IMG/VR virus record: IMGVR_UViG_3300022848_000006
Reading direction: 5' to 3' (one strand)
Origin: a virus
Length of the DNA stretch: 64,000 nucleotides
The notes below the pieces were generated by a model. It was not told where the DNA came from, ran no database searches, and saw nothing but the letters and a program-made list of their open reading frames with translations. The translations under genes and the position numbers were made by a program. Positions within the stretch are counted from its first letter, which is position 1. Each line of letters opens with the position of its first letter. Positions 29,456 to 38,846 of this stretch are shown piece after piece.

Positions 29456-30391
29456 TTAGAAAAATCCATTATCCACTTGCCACACCTCTAAACCCAATGC
29501 TCGGTAATGCCAGCAGATCTGTGCCCTATCGTCAATCGCGTACTTTACATTGAACCTTGGGAGAATCTCATTTCTGAGCAATTCTTCCTTGATATCGCAG
29601 TCAGGACGCGTATCGTCTGGAGTGCGGATGAAGATTTCACACAGACCTTCTCTAAAAACTTCACAACTAGGAAAGACTTCTTTAACGATCCAGCTTTTGG
29701 TTTCTTTAAGGGCTATTCCATCTCTACCTGTTAAGAAGATAACTTTGGGGCAACCTCTTTTCCCAGTAAGCTTATCGTGAACCAGAGATTGCACAAAAGA
29801 CACGACATTAGGCTTTGGTCTATCATTCCCAACTTTGTCCCAGTCATAAGGCATACGGCCCCACTTCTCACCCTTCCCCATATCGGCGATGGTTCCATCA
29901 ACGTCTACAATCACACACTCAGGCAGGCCCTCAGTAGGAGTTATGACGCGACCCTGGATCTCAAGCTGCTTGCGAAACATATCGTGAATAACGACCTCTG
30001 GAACAGAGTATGCCCTATTCAGGTTACGCTCAATCAACCTGTGAAGAGGAACGCCGAAGAATTGCTTGAAGACAACTCTAAAGCCCAGTTTCTCAGCCTT
30101 GGCCTTGGTTTGAGCTAGGTACTTACTATTGAGGTTTGTGTTATCGTCAACAACCGAAACTCCATTGAAGGCCGCGTCTCGAAGGTCTTCATCCAGTGCT
30201 AGAGTAACCCTAGTTTCCTTTGCCTTTGTGAACTTGTACTCTGACCATTGGCCAAAGTCAAACAATGTACGACGCATATCGTCCCTGTTGAGACGAACCC
30301 CCTTTTGCTTACTTGCCCAGGTGGACTTTCCGCTGGCTGGACACCCCATTAGTATTGTGTAAGTTGGTCGTGAGTCTTCTTTAAGTGCCAT
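29456..30391 (-). CDS. pseT: Polynucleotide 5'-kinase/3'-phosphatase (T4 PseT-like)
   Basis: GCPASGKST, NRDDMR, DNTN; HAD domain DVDGT, TGR, DDR..I. Confidence 0.92.
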   Translation of the reverse strand: MALKEDSRPTYTILMGCPASGKSTWASKQKGVRLNRDDMRRTLFDFGQWSEYKFTKAKETRVTLALDEDLRDAAFNGVSVVDDNTNLNSKYLAQTKAKAEKLGFRVVFKQFFGVPLHRLIERNLNRAYSVPEVVIHDMFRKQLEIQGRVITPTEGLPECVIVDVDGTIADMGKGEKWGRMPYDWDKVGNDRPKPNVVSFVQSLVHDKLTGKRGCPKVIFLTGRDGIALKETKSWIVKEVFPSCEVFREGLCEIFIRTPDDTRPDCDIKEELLRNEILPRFNVKYAIDDRAQICWHYRALGLEVWQVDNGFF

Positions 30392-30392
30392 G

Positions 30393-30662
30393 TTAGATCC
30401 TGTAAACTAAGCCTTCTTGTGAGTGAACTATGTCGTTGGGTAGTCTGTCCCTTACCATCGAAATGGCTTGGTAGTCGCCAAGTTCCTTGTTTCTTAGAAA
30501 GTACAATAATATAGCACTATACCTACCATCAGAAGTAGGGCGATTGAAATTGTTTACTATCTCCATACGATCTTTCTGATGTGAAGATCCCGATTGTAGC
30601 CACATCATAGATCCATAAAGAATTTGACCAATAACAACACAACCCCAACGACCCCAGAGCAA
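30393..30662 (-). CDS. Hypothetical protein
   Basis: ORF; true start uncertain. Confidence 0.4.
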   Translation of the reverse strand: MLWGRWGCVVIGQILYGSMMWLQSGSSHQKDRMEIVNNFNRPTSDGRYSAILLYFLRNKELGDYQAISMVRDRLPNDIVHSQEGLVYRI

Positions 30663-30805
30663 ACGCCTATAAAATACAAATATCTAATAGGTAAAAGATA
30701 CTGAAGTCCTCCTTGCCTACTAGTGGCCCAGAGTCTAATGAGACAAAACAAAGAAAGAATACATAAGACAGAAGCTCCTAAACAGATAAGTATAGCTGTG
30801 TTCAT
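30605..30805 (-). CDS. Small two-TM membrane protein
   Basis: Hydrophobic 66 aa. Confidence 0.55.
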   Translation of the reverse strand: MNTAILICLGASVLCILSLFCLIRLWATSRQGGLQYLLPIRYLYFIGVCSGVVGVVLLLVKFFMDL

Positions 30806-31335
30806 AATTGGTTCTCTGTGACAATCTTGCAGAATTGAATTAGTTCTTCGTCTGTAAATGTGTTCCTGGCATAGTTAGCCATCACAGATATAAATCTAAT
30901 GTTTCCAATTTCGTACCCTTTGGAATTGTCTATCCTGTCTAGGGAAGCGTCGTATGGAGTAGCCCCTAGGCCGCTAGTAGAATTGGTTTTTAGTACCATC
31001 CTATAGCCAGTAAAAGGACAAATACCCAACTGCTTTTCCCACTGTTCTTTAAGATTTTGAAGCGTGACTTCGCAACGCTTTCTACCCTTGTTATTGATTT
31101 TCTTAAAGGTGTGTCTGAATGGAGTGTATTCGTCAATCCTGTTCTTAGGGTCTAAATGATTCCACTTATGATTTTCCAAGCACTTTGGCGACTGTAGATT
31201 TTTCTTTGTTATTTTGGCAGCACACTTGCTGTCGCAGTAATTGTTTCTTCCCACTCGTTTATTTCTGTTTATTTCCCTATTGTCTTTGAGAAACTCTTTC
31301 TCACAAGCGTTGCATTTAATCTTTGATTTTGCCAC
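30802..31335 (-). CDS. HNH homing endonuclease
   Basis: CNAC..YCDSKC; QLGICPFTG; ASLDRIDNSKGYEIGNIRFISVMAN; GTG start at 31335 with AAGGAG RBS and GTGTATAAT motif. Confidence 0.85.
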   Translation of the reverse strand: MAKSKIKCNACEKEFLKDNREINRNKRVGRNNYCDSKCAAKITKKNLQSPKCLENHKWNHLDPKNRIDEYTPFRHTFKKINNKGRKRCEVTLQNLKEQWEKQLGICPFTGYRMVLKTNSTSGLGATPYDASLDRIDNSKGYEIGNIRFISVMANYARNTFTDEELIQFCKIVTENQL

Positions 31336-31400
31336 CTGGGTCTCCTTAGTTGAGGTACAATGTATTATACACCAAAAAAGTGGACCCAGTGACAAAAAAG

Positions 31401-31738
31401 TGGAGGTGTTGGGAATTGCACCCAAGTATCCTGCGCAATCCAATTAACCGTCTACACCGATAGCTCATTGTATTCGCACAATAAGCAAAGCTAACAACCT
31501 TTGGTCGCCGTCAAGCAAGTATGTATGCCATAACTCTAGTTTTAGCATGAGTATGCGATCCCCTATTCTGGGGGAGCTAGGCACTTTTGGGCAACAGGGA
31601 AAGGCCATCCCCGGCAGCTACGCTGCTAGTGCGAAATTTTCGACAACTAAAAACTTTGGATCGCTTTTATACTGGCCTCAATCCAACCAGTCGGTGCAAG
31701 CTAATCTTCAAAACGCGGAGCGATTCTAATTCACCCCC
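31401..31738 (-). ncRNA. ssrA: tmRNA
   Basis: 5' GGGGGTG pairs with 3' CACCTCC-A (G3-U70); T arm TTGGG-TGCAATT-CCCAA; internal tag ORF GTT GTC GAA AAT TTC GCA CTA GCA GCG TAG (VVENFALAA) at 31618-31647. Confidence 0.92.
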
Positions 31739-31759
31739 GAATCATGTCTCTGTAAGAGA

Positions 31760-31963
31760 CTATACACTAGAAACTTCCTTCCACTTGTACTTCTTGTAAT
31801 TGACTGGAGTGCTGGGCTCTTTCTCGTCGTCTTCATAGTCCCAGAACATCTTCAAACAATCAGCACACACAACTCGTGCATCACCGTCCTCTTCGACCCT
31901 CTCAATCGTAACGCGTTGAAAGGTGCCGCAAAATTCGCAATCGTCGATCATGTGATTCATCAA
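31760..31963 (-). CDS. Small Zn-finger protein
   Basis: CEFC...CADC; downstream of promoter 31993-32020. Confidence 0.6.
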   Translation of the reverse strand: MMNHMIDDCEFCGTFQRVTIERVEEDGDARVVCADCLKMFWDYEDDEKEPSTPVNYKKYKWKEVSSV

Positions 31964-31992
31964 AAAACCTAAGTGAAAGTATCGTTACTAGT

Positions 31993-32020
31993 ATTATAGT
32001 CAAAAGTCAGGTTTTGTCAA
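31993..32020 (-). promoter_or_regulatory. sigma70-type promoter TTGACA-N16-TATAAT
   Basis: Perfect hexamers. Confidence 0.8.
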
Positions 32021-32361
32021 GCAGTATTTGCTCGTTTTCTCGATCTTTTTTTGGATCGAATGTCTGAAAGCTTGAAGGGCGACTTCGTCTCGACCTTGGG
32101 CTTCTTACGCTTGAATGAATAGGTCGGAATGACGCACTCACGGGGTGTAGGCTTGATCTTGTAATCCTCTCCCCTTTTCGACGCTTCGTCCTTGAGGGCC
32201 AACTGAGCTAGGTAGAATTGCCCACCCACTTCTGTGACCGCTGGCCAATACTCCACTTGGTCATTTCGTCTCTTATGCGGCCCAAGGTACTTATTTGCCT
32301 CTTCTACTCCCAAAGGGTCTATACGTTCTTGGTTGCTCATTTTTGATACGTCTTCACTCAT
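32017..32361 (-). CDS. Hypothetical protein
   Basis: GAGG RBS, basic C-terminus. Confidence 0.55.
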   Translation of the reverse strand: MSEDVSKMSNQERIDPLGVEEANKYLGPHKRRNDQVEYWPAVTEVGGQFYLAQLALKDEASKRGEDYKIKPTPRECVIPTYSFKRKKPKVETKSPFKLSDIRSKKRSRKRANTA

Positions 32362-32409
32362 TTTATTTCCTCATTATGAAATTTTAGTTGATCACCAATC
32401 CTGTAAAAC

Positions 32410-33174
32410 CTAGCCACCTTTAGCTTGACTTTCTTTCCCATGTGTTCTATCTCTACGAACTTGTAGCCATAACGACGAGGCAAAATTAATAATACTTGGA
32501 TTCTTATTTACTACTTGCCCATCGGGATTTTCCACCATTGCTTCTCGACTCTCATCAGAATAGCTACACTGAGACACAGCCTCAGGTTCAGCACCGCAAC
32601 TGCTCGCTAAACGCATGTTCTTGATAACCTCTGAGCTACCCTGAAAAGCCATCAAAGACTTACTTGTGGAGTAGTTTGAGATATGACCAGCGTCAATGTT
32701 CAGGTTTCGACCAACCGCAAACGAGTCTTGATTAGCACCAAGGAACATAAACTGCCAACCGTACTTGTCTTTTTGATGCTTAATCATTTCAGCGATACGC
32801 ATCTGAGAATACTCACGACTTGCGTTTTCCCCTCCGTCTGTCATGATCGCAACAATAACGAGGCCTGGGCGATCTTCCTCTTTCATATTTGCCAAGCGAA
32901 TACCGGTGGCATCAATGGCGGTTCCAATTCCGTCGCGAAGAGCCGTTCCCCCTTGTGGTTCTAGTTTTATAGCACCGATTTCCCGAATGTCAACCCCTTC
33001 GTAGACTTTTTCTACAGAATTGTTGAAGCGAAAATAGCTAACGGCGACTTCGCCGGGTTCCTCGGTTTGGTCCTTGATTAGACTTCTGGCACCACCCTCT
33101 GTGTCTTCGACACAGCTAAACATCGAGCCGCTTCTATCCAATACCAATACCAACTCTGTTTTGTCTTTATTCAT
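32410..33174 (-). CDS. vWA domain protein
   Basis: LVLDRSGSM MIDAS, GGTALRDGIG, IMTDGGENAS, FLGANQD. Confidence 0.9.
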   Translation of the reverse strand: MNKDKTELVLVLDRSGSMFSCVEDTEGGARSLIKDQTEEPGEVAVSYFRFNNSVEKVYEGVDIREIGAIKLEPQGGTALRDGIGTAIDATGIRLANMKEEDRPGLVIVAIMTDGGENASREYSQMRIAEMIKHQKDKYGWQFMFLGANQDSFAVGRNLNIDAGHISNYSTSKSLMAFQGSSEVIKNMRLASSCGAEPEAVSQCSYSDESREAMVENPDGQVVNKNPSIINFASSLWLQVRRDRTHGKESQAKGG

Positions 33175-33262
33175 CTCTGTTCAACCTCTCTAAAAGTTTC
33201 CTTGTTAAAATCCTATAGAGTCTCTACGACTATGCGAAACTCAGCTATTTTTTCTTCTGGGC

Positions 33263-34069
33263 TCATAGGTGCTTCTCCACATGCTGAATGATCTTTTTGT
33301 AGTCTGCGTCGTACCATCCGGCAGCAAACAGACTGTTTAGCTCTAGCACTTTGATGGTTCCGTCTTGAAGAAGTGCTAGGTCAATTGTATAGTAATCATC
33401 TGGAAAATACTCAGCACCCCAAGCTGCAGGTTCGCAGTATGAGGTAATCTTTTCTTCTGACAGTTGATTCATTTCGTTACCGCTATAAAAACTATAGCTG
33501 ATAACTTTATCTAGGTGCATCATCACCCGATACTCAGATACGATACCCTTGTGACACGACACTAAAACTAGGTCGTCGCCAGTAGGATTGTTCCCAGGTA
33601 GACTCTCGATAGAAGCGAGGTCTCTCTCCCACCACTTTTTAGTTATGTAGTTGCCCGTAAAGATCTTTTTACCAGAGTTTGGCCTGATGAAAAGCTTGTC
33701 ACAATCTAACCACGCAAAGTATTGATCTGCATACATACTTAAAACAGACCAAGGCACAAAGAAGTGGTCTTGGTTAAGCATCGAATCTAGCCAATGCGAA
33801 TAGTACCTAGTACAATCATATCTTTCCTCAGTTACGCCAATGGGGGCGATCTTCTTAAAAACATTGATATACTTGTGACGCATAAGTTGCACAAATTCAA
33901 CAGATCCCCTAAATACAGCAGGCCCCTCGTCATTTGACCAAGCACCTGTTGGGGGATTTACCACCTGTTCTCCAACGCAGTCACAACGAAAGACACCTAG
34001 CTCGTCTAGGGCGTCCTTCATTTTTTGCTCTTCATAAGCTCCAAAGATGTCTTTCTGAATGTGCCACAT
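33263..34069 (-). CDS. ATP-grasp (DUF4343/R2K-like) protein
   Basis: LFIRPNSGKKIFTG, SEYR, YTIDLA, VLELNS. Confidence 0.8.
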   Translation of the reverse strand: MWHIQKDIFGAYEEQKMKDALDELGVFRCDCVGEQVVNPPTGAWSNDEGPAVFRGSVEFVQLMRHKYINVFKKIAPIGVTEERYDCTRYYSHWLDSMLNQDHFFVPWSVLSMYADQYFAWLDCDKLFIRPNSGKKIFTGNYITKKWWERDLASIESLPGNNPTGDDLVLVSCHKGIVSEYRVMMHLDKVISYSFYSGNEMNQLSEEKITSYCEPAAWGAEYFPDDYYTIDLALLQDGTIKVLELNSLFAAGWYDADYKKIIQHVEKHL

Positions 34070-34073
34070 TGTC

Positions 34074-34466
34074 TTAGCCTAGGTTTCCGAGGTTGTCGTC
34101 TTCGTCGTGAACGCAATCTTCTTTGCCACAACAGTCTGGCTCTGTGTAGGCTTCGTCTTGAAACTTAAACATGTTCGTCAGAATCTCAAGGCCCTCTCTG
34201 CACTCAGCGTCGGCCTTCTTCTCTTCTTCTGTCATGCTCCTGATCTCCATACTGGCAGACACCAACTCGTAGATCACAAGGCCTCTATAAAGGTCTTCCT
34301 TGAAAGCATTGATTTCCAATACTGGCTCACAAGTAAAGTCTTCTGCACTCTTACCCTGACTTTCCAAGTGCTTAATAGCCAATCGCTTGTAAGACAATTC
34401 TCTTTCTAGCTCAAGTTGGTCAAGTTCGTCTTGCGTGAATACGATTGTGGTAATTTCTACGCTCAT
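34074..34466 (-). CDS. Hypothetical protein
   Basis: 130 aa ORF. Confidence 0.55.
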   Translation of the reverse strand: MSVEITTIVFTQDELDQLELERELSYKRLAIKHLESQGKSAEDFTCEPVLEINAFKEDLYRGLVIYELVSASMEIRSMTEEEKKADAECREGLEILTNMFKFQDEAYTEPDCCGKEDCVHDEDDNLGNLG

Positions 34467-34890
34467 AAAAAACTCCTAAAGGTCAAACTAATTCGAGTAC
34501 CGCAAGGTCTGTCCCACTTGGGAATCTTGTGTAGATACTCATCCTGAAATCCTGGCGGCATGGTAAACACACTACCATGCTCTAATAGCCGTCTTTGATC
34601 TGCGGGCACTTCGCCCTTCTCTCCTTTTGGCTTCCACCAAATCTCTCTTTCGGCACCTAAAGAAACAACAACAATAGGCTTTGTCTCATCCATGCCTGGG
34701 AAGTTGTCTGCGTGCCAACCAAGGTGTTGCTTCTCGTCTTGTTGCCGTATGAGTATGTTCTAGGAATAAAAGACATGAAGTACTCACGCCTAGCTGAGCG
34801 TTGTTCTACCCACCTTAGTCTCAATACTTCTTTTTGAAGTTCTGAATCAAAGTCTTCCCCCATGTCTAGTTTGTAATAACTTGGTTTCAT
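34463..34890 (-). pseudogene. AlkB-like 2OG-Fe(II) oxygenase, internally deleted and frameshifted
   Basis: Frame A ends ...TYSYG; frame B gives QDEKQHLGWHAD...VVVSLGAER...HKIPK...RISLTFR; segment normally between them is missing. Confidence 0.8.
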
Positions 34891-35573
34891 GATTGTGTGA
34901 CCCTATCTAGTTTGTTTTCGTTGTGGAACTTGCCGTCGTACTCAATCGCCCTCAACTCTCCTAGGCACATAAACCTAGTGCCATTGTGCTGAAAGTCAAT
35001 CGTTCTGTGGAAGTGTCCAAAGATCCAAACATCAGGTCTATGGGCTTCGTGACAATCTTGAAGAAGTTGTTGAGTGTCTGTATTGAAGCTGTCGGCATCA
35101 TAGCCCCAAGAGGTTAAAATCCCTGGACTGCCGATGATCTTAGCAATACTAGTTGGGCAAGTGTGCGTAATCATTACGCTTGGTCTTTGCTTCTTGTAGT
35201 CAGACAGAGCGGCCTCTTGCTGTTCTTTGTTTAATTGCTCTTCATTCCACCAGGACTTCTTACCAGTATCCCTCTCTCTAATAAATCGATCTTTCCAATC
35301 AATAGAGAAGGCACCTCTAATAAAGTAGAAATCTAGTTCTCCAACAGAACGGCTACCAAAGTCACCGAGGCCATGAGGGCAAACATGATATACGTCGTAA
35401 TTGTCGTGGTTCCCTCCAAGGAATTTGTGCTTGTCTGAGTCCAATTCCTCAAGGTCTTCATAATGAAAGCCCATATCCCCAATTTGAATGCTGTGTTCGC
35501 AGCCAGAATCCTGTACGTCTTCAACGTAGTGTTCTGTTAGACCGTGGCAATCTCCTGTAATTCTTACTGTCAT
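34887..35573 (-). CDS. Calcineurin-like metallophosphoesterase
   Basis: GDCHG, IGDMG, GGNHD, ITHTCP, FGHFH; start MTVR at 35573. Confidence 0.9.
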   Translation of the reverse strand: MTVRITGDCHGLTEHYVEDVQDSGCEHSIQIGDMGFHYEDLEELDSDKHKFLGGNHDNYDVYHVCPHGLGDFGSRSVGELDFYFIRGAFSIDWKDRFIRERDTGKKSWWNEEQLNKEQQEAALSDYKKQRPSVMITHTCPTSIAKIIGSPGILTSWGYDADSFNTDTQQLLQDCHEAHRPDVWIFGHFHRTIDFQHNGTRFMCLGELRAIEYDGKFHNENKLDRVTQS

Positions 35574-35683
35574 TTTACTTGTCCGCAGTGTGGGCATCTA
35601 TAGGTCTTAAAGACCTTATGTGGAATAAGCTTGTAGTCGTGTAGTCCTACAAAACAAAGAAACTCTCTTACTATGTCTGGCAT
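35570..35683 (-). CDS. Small protein (37 aa) with CPHC
   Basis: Manual translation; stop overlaps start of phosphoesterase (ATGA). Confidence 0.5.
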   Translation of the reverse strand: MPDIVREFLCFVGLHDYKLIPHKVFKTYRCPHCGQVK

Positions 35684-35996
35684 CACTTGTCTCCATACTT
35701 AGATTTTAACTCATACATGAACAATATAAGGTAGGCCAGTAAACTTCCTGACAGAGCCTTTGTGTTTCTCTCGTGCAAATTCTAGTGGTGTCATTGTTGA
35801 CTCGTTAGGAAGTAATAATAGGCCCCGGCAATTGCTAGAGCAATAACAAAGAAATAACTAAAGAAAGCCTTCACTCTGCTTTTGAATATTTTTGTCATGT
35901 TATTTTCTATGTAAGAGTATTGAGAATCCAACAGCGGCAGCAAACACCAATATGTCTACTGCCACTATGAGCAATGTAACCAAAAAGCTAAACATT

Positions 35997-37628
35997 TTAC
36001 ACCGGGTAGTCTACGCCGCAGGCGAGTCTTTCCCGAATGCCTTCAAGGGTTTCGTCTACAAGTAGCTTACCATCCTCGAACACTGGAATTAATTCGCCGC
36101 CAGCTTCCTCTTCTTTAGTACATTGATCCTTCAAGACGAGTGTCGATCCATGACTTCCTTCAACCCGATCAACTCGCAATAGTCCACAAGCAGACTTCTT
36201 CTTGCCGTCGTCGGTAACTGGGTCTTTGAAAATATTGTGCCCAACGCCGTCAATTTGAGCCCAAGTAGCCTTACAAGCAATGTAGAACGTGTCACGAGTG
36301 TTGTACTGGTAGGTGAAACTACCGACACCAAAGACAACGTTATTGGAAGCATAACCCTTAGCTTCTAGCTGACTACAAATCGCTTCACAACGCTCAAGTG
36401 TGATGCTGTCACCATAAATCAACCCAACCTTGGGGTTCAGTTCTTGGTATTCAGCTTCATTCGTCGTGGTTCCAAACTTGTCAGCAAGAATCTCGATGGC
36501 ACCCTTCACTTCGTGAATACTCAACTCGTTGAAGCTAAGGTCAAAGCACTTCCCATCGGTTGTACGCAAAGCGTCGGTCTCATCATCCAAGCAGGGCAAG
36601 AAAGACTGCAACCAGGGCGACGACTTGGACTTGGCCAATAGCTCTTCACTATGGCCATGGAAGTCCTCTACAAAGTAGCCGCAGATAATCTTGATGGGAT
36701 TACCAGTGTCGGGTCGGAATACAACCTTGCCGTCTCGTGCTTCAATCTCTTCCTCTAGCGACGGTGCGATTTCGGTCAACACCTTCCACAAGTCCCACGT
36801 ATCACTGACGATGGACACAATACCATTGGGATAGGTTTCAGTAATGAGACGCTTAAAGGTTTCTCTTTCATTAGCCTTTCCTCCTGCACATTGGACTGAG
36901 TGTTCCGTCGCCGGAACGCTACAGCTAACAAGTTCATTTTGAAGATCAGCGTTATAGTATTCCTCTAAAAAGAATTGCCCAGGAACAGTATCACTACCAA
37001 CAAAAGACAACAAGTGAGCAGCATCGGTGGTTAACGAACTTTCAAAGCTACTCATTCCACGCATTGAGAAATTATGAGCCTGGAATGCGACATGGTCACG
37101 ATTGTCACAGGTTGTATCGGCATAACTATTCAATAGCTTGCGATATTGATCCGCAATTGTTGCACAGGTTAGTGGGTTCCACATAACATTCTGCATGATT
37201 GTTTCAATAAAGTTAGTCAGCCAGTAAAAATCTGAGTGAGTATTGATAATTGTACAGTAGGGCACTCCAATTGGGCATCGAGTCCCCTCAGGTAGGGACT
37301 TAATACTCAAAGGCAGATAACCTAGATCATGCAAGTCTTCATATTTTGCCATATCTAGCTTTACATCTGGCATATAACGAGCAAAGAAGTTTTCAAGCTC
37401 TTGAATAACTTCTCCTTTAGGTCTGTCAAAGAAGTCTTCGTTAAACCTGCGAATCAAATATTCTTTAATGAAGTACTGTAGGCCAAAAGTTATTACTTTG
37501 TCTATATCCTTCATTCTGGATGCTCTAGCAGTGATGTTGGAGTAGACATACTCTGTATTTTTAGGGTATTGCTCCTTATGAGTGAGCTTATAGCTGTCAC
37601 TTAGCAAAAGTGGGTTAATTTTCAACAT
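35997..37628 (-). CDS. nadV: Nicotinamide phosphoribosyltransferase-like (NAMPT / possible Namat)
   Basis: LSDSYK, FGLQYF, HNFSMRG, SVPATEHSV, SIVSDTWD, FRPDTG, IYGDSIT, FGVGS, KDPVTDDGKKKS. Confidence 0.92.
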   Translation of the reverse strand: MLKINPLLLSDSYKLTHKEQYPKNTEYVYSNITARASRMKDIDKVITFGLQYFIKEYLIRRFNEDFFDRPKGEVIQELENFFARYMPDVKLDMAKYEDLHDLGYLPLSIKSLPEGTRCPIGVPYCTIINTHSDFYWLTNFIETIMQNVMWNPLTCATIADQYRKLLNSYADTTCDNRDHVAFQAHNFSMRGMSSFESSLTTDAAHLLSFVGSDTVPGQFFLEEYYNADLQNELVSCSVPATEHSVQCAGGKANERETFKRLITETYPNGIVSIVSDTWDLWKVLTEIAPSLEEEIEARDGKVVFRPDTGNPIKIICGYFVEDFHGHSEELLAKSKSSPWLQSFLPCLDDETDALRTTDGKCFDLSFNELSIHEVKGAIEILADKFGTTTNEAEYQELNPKVGLIYGDSITLERCEAICSQLEAKGYASNNVVFGVGSFTYQYNTRDTFYIACKATWAQIDGVGHNIFKDPVTDDGKKKSACGLLRVDRVEGSHGSTLVLKDQCTKEEEAGGELIPVFEDGKLLVDETLEGIRERLACGVDYPV

Positions 37629-37653
37629 TTTACGGCCTTAAACGAGTTTTTTG

Positions 37654-37689
37654 GTGTATAATACTTAGAAGGTCACTAACATTATACAC
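37654..37689. promoter_or_regulatory. Pair of oppositely oriented GTGTATAAT promoter motifs
   Basis: GTGTATAAT on + at 37654-37662 and on - at 37681-37689, between NAMPT and LAGLIDADG genes. Confidence 0.7.
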
Positions 37690-37701
37690 GACGGAGAGTA
37701 T

Positions 37702-38622
37702 TTGTCAATGGGAAAAGTTACAGAATCAGTAAAAAAAGAGATTCAGGCCCGCTATCCAAGCGAAGATTCGCACAAATTAGCGGAGGATCTGGGTTTTAGC
37801 TATCACACGATCATGAAATGGGCACAAAAGCTAGGTTTGAAAAAATCGTCAGACTATAGAACTCACAACTCTTTAAGTAAAGAAGAAGAAGAAATTCTCA
37901 AATCATACTACTCAAACGAACCTATGAAGTCACTATGTAAAATGTTAAACAAGAAACCAGGGGCAATACATGAGCTTGCTAGAAGGAGGGGAATCAAAAG
38001 GGTCATCAACGAAACTAGAAAGGGCACACTGGAGCCTTTATTTAACAAATCTATTGAGTCATACTATTGGCTAGGCTTCATTGCGGCAGACGGCTACGTA
38101 GCTAAAAATGGTCACTTCATGATATCACAATCTGAAAAGGACAAGGAAACCATTGAGAAAATGGCAGAATACTTACGATCAAACATTTACATCAGAACGG
38201 GAAAAAGCGGATTTAACGACAATTACACTTCTTACAGGATTAATATCTGCGACAAAGTTCTCGGAGTCGCCCTCAATCAACTCTTTGGATTAAAACCTGG
38301 AGAGAAAAAGACCTACACGCCACTCTCCTTAGATTTCATCAAAACTCAAGATCAAGCTGTTGCCTTCCTCTGTGGAGTAATAGACGGAGACGGATCTAAA
38401 CAAGGCAAAAGCTACCGAATTCAATGTCACAAATCTCAACTCCAAACATTTACAAATCTATCTAAGTTGTTACCAAAGGAAATAAGCCTTCAAGTCTCTT
38501 TGAGATACAGAAGGGATAAAGACGACTCTTTTTGTCACGCGGACACCCTTAAAGAATCCTCAAAATACCTAAGAGAATTTTGTCAAAAACACTCAATAGG
38601 CTCGACCAGAAAATTTAGCTAA
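37702..38622 (+). CDS. Free-standing LAGLIDADG homing endonuclease (opposite strand)
   Basis: N-terminal HTH repeats; WLGFIAADG and FLCGVIDGDG. Confidence 0.9.
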   Translation: MSMGKVTESVKKEIQARYPSEDSHKLAEDLGFSYHTIMKWAQKLGLKKSSDYRTHNSLSKEEEEILKSYYSNEPMKSLCKMLNKKPGAIHELARRRGIKRVINETRKGTLEPLFNKSIESYYWLGFIAADGYVAKNGHFMISQSEKDKETIEKMAEYLRSNIYIRTGKSGFNDNYTSYRINICDKVLGVALNQLFGLKPGEKKTYTPLSLDFIKTQDQAVAFLCGVIDGDGSKQGKSYRIQCHKSQLQTFTNLSKLLPKEISLQVSLRYRRDKDDSFCHADTLKESSKYLREFCQKHSIGSTRKFS

Positions 38623-38846
38623 TCCCTTGACTTTGTCCAGTCCTTCCTGTAGAGGGGATCGTTTTGCCAGTGGTCCCGATAGGGGTCTTTTGGTCTTACT
38701 TCATCATTATAGTCCCTTGGGGCCGATTCGTCAACCCCAAAATACCACAAAGGATCAGAATACTTGAAAATACTTTTCAGCTTTTCGTCTTCCATTGCAC
38801 CGGGGATTTTATCGATGCAATTCCACATCAACCCGCCATCCTTCAA
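38619..38846 (-). CDS. Hypothetical protein
   Basis: 75 aa; start uncertain. Confidence 0.45.
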   Translation of the reverse strand: MKDGGLMWNCIDKIPGAMEDEKLKSIFKYSDPLWYFGVDESAPRDYNDEVRPKDPYRDHWQNDPLYRKDWTKSRD

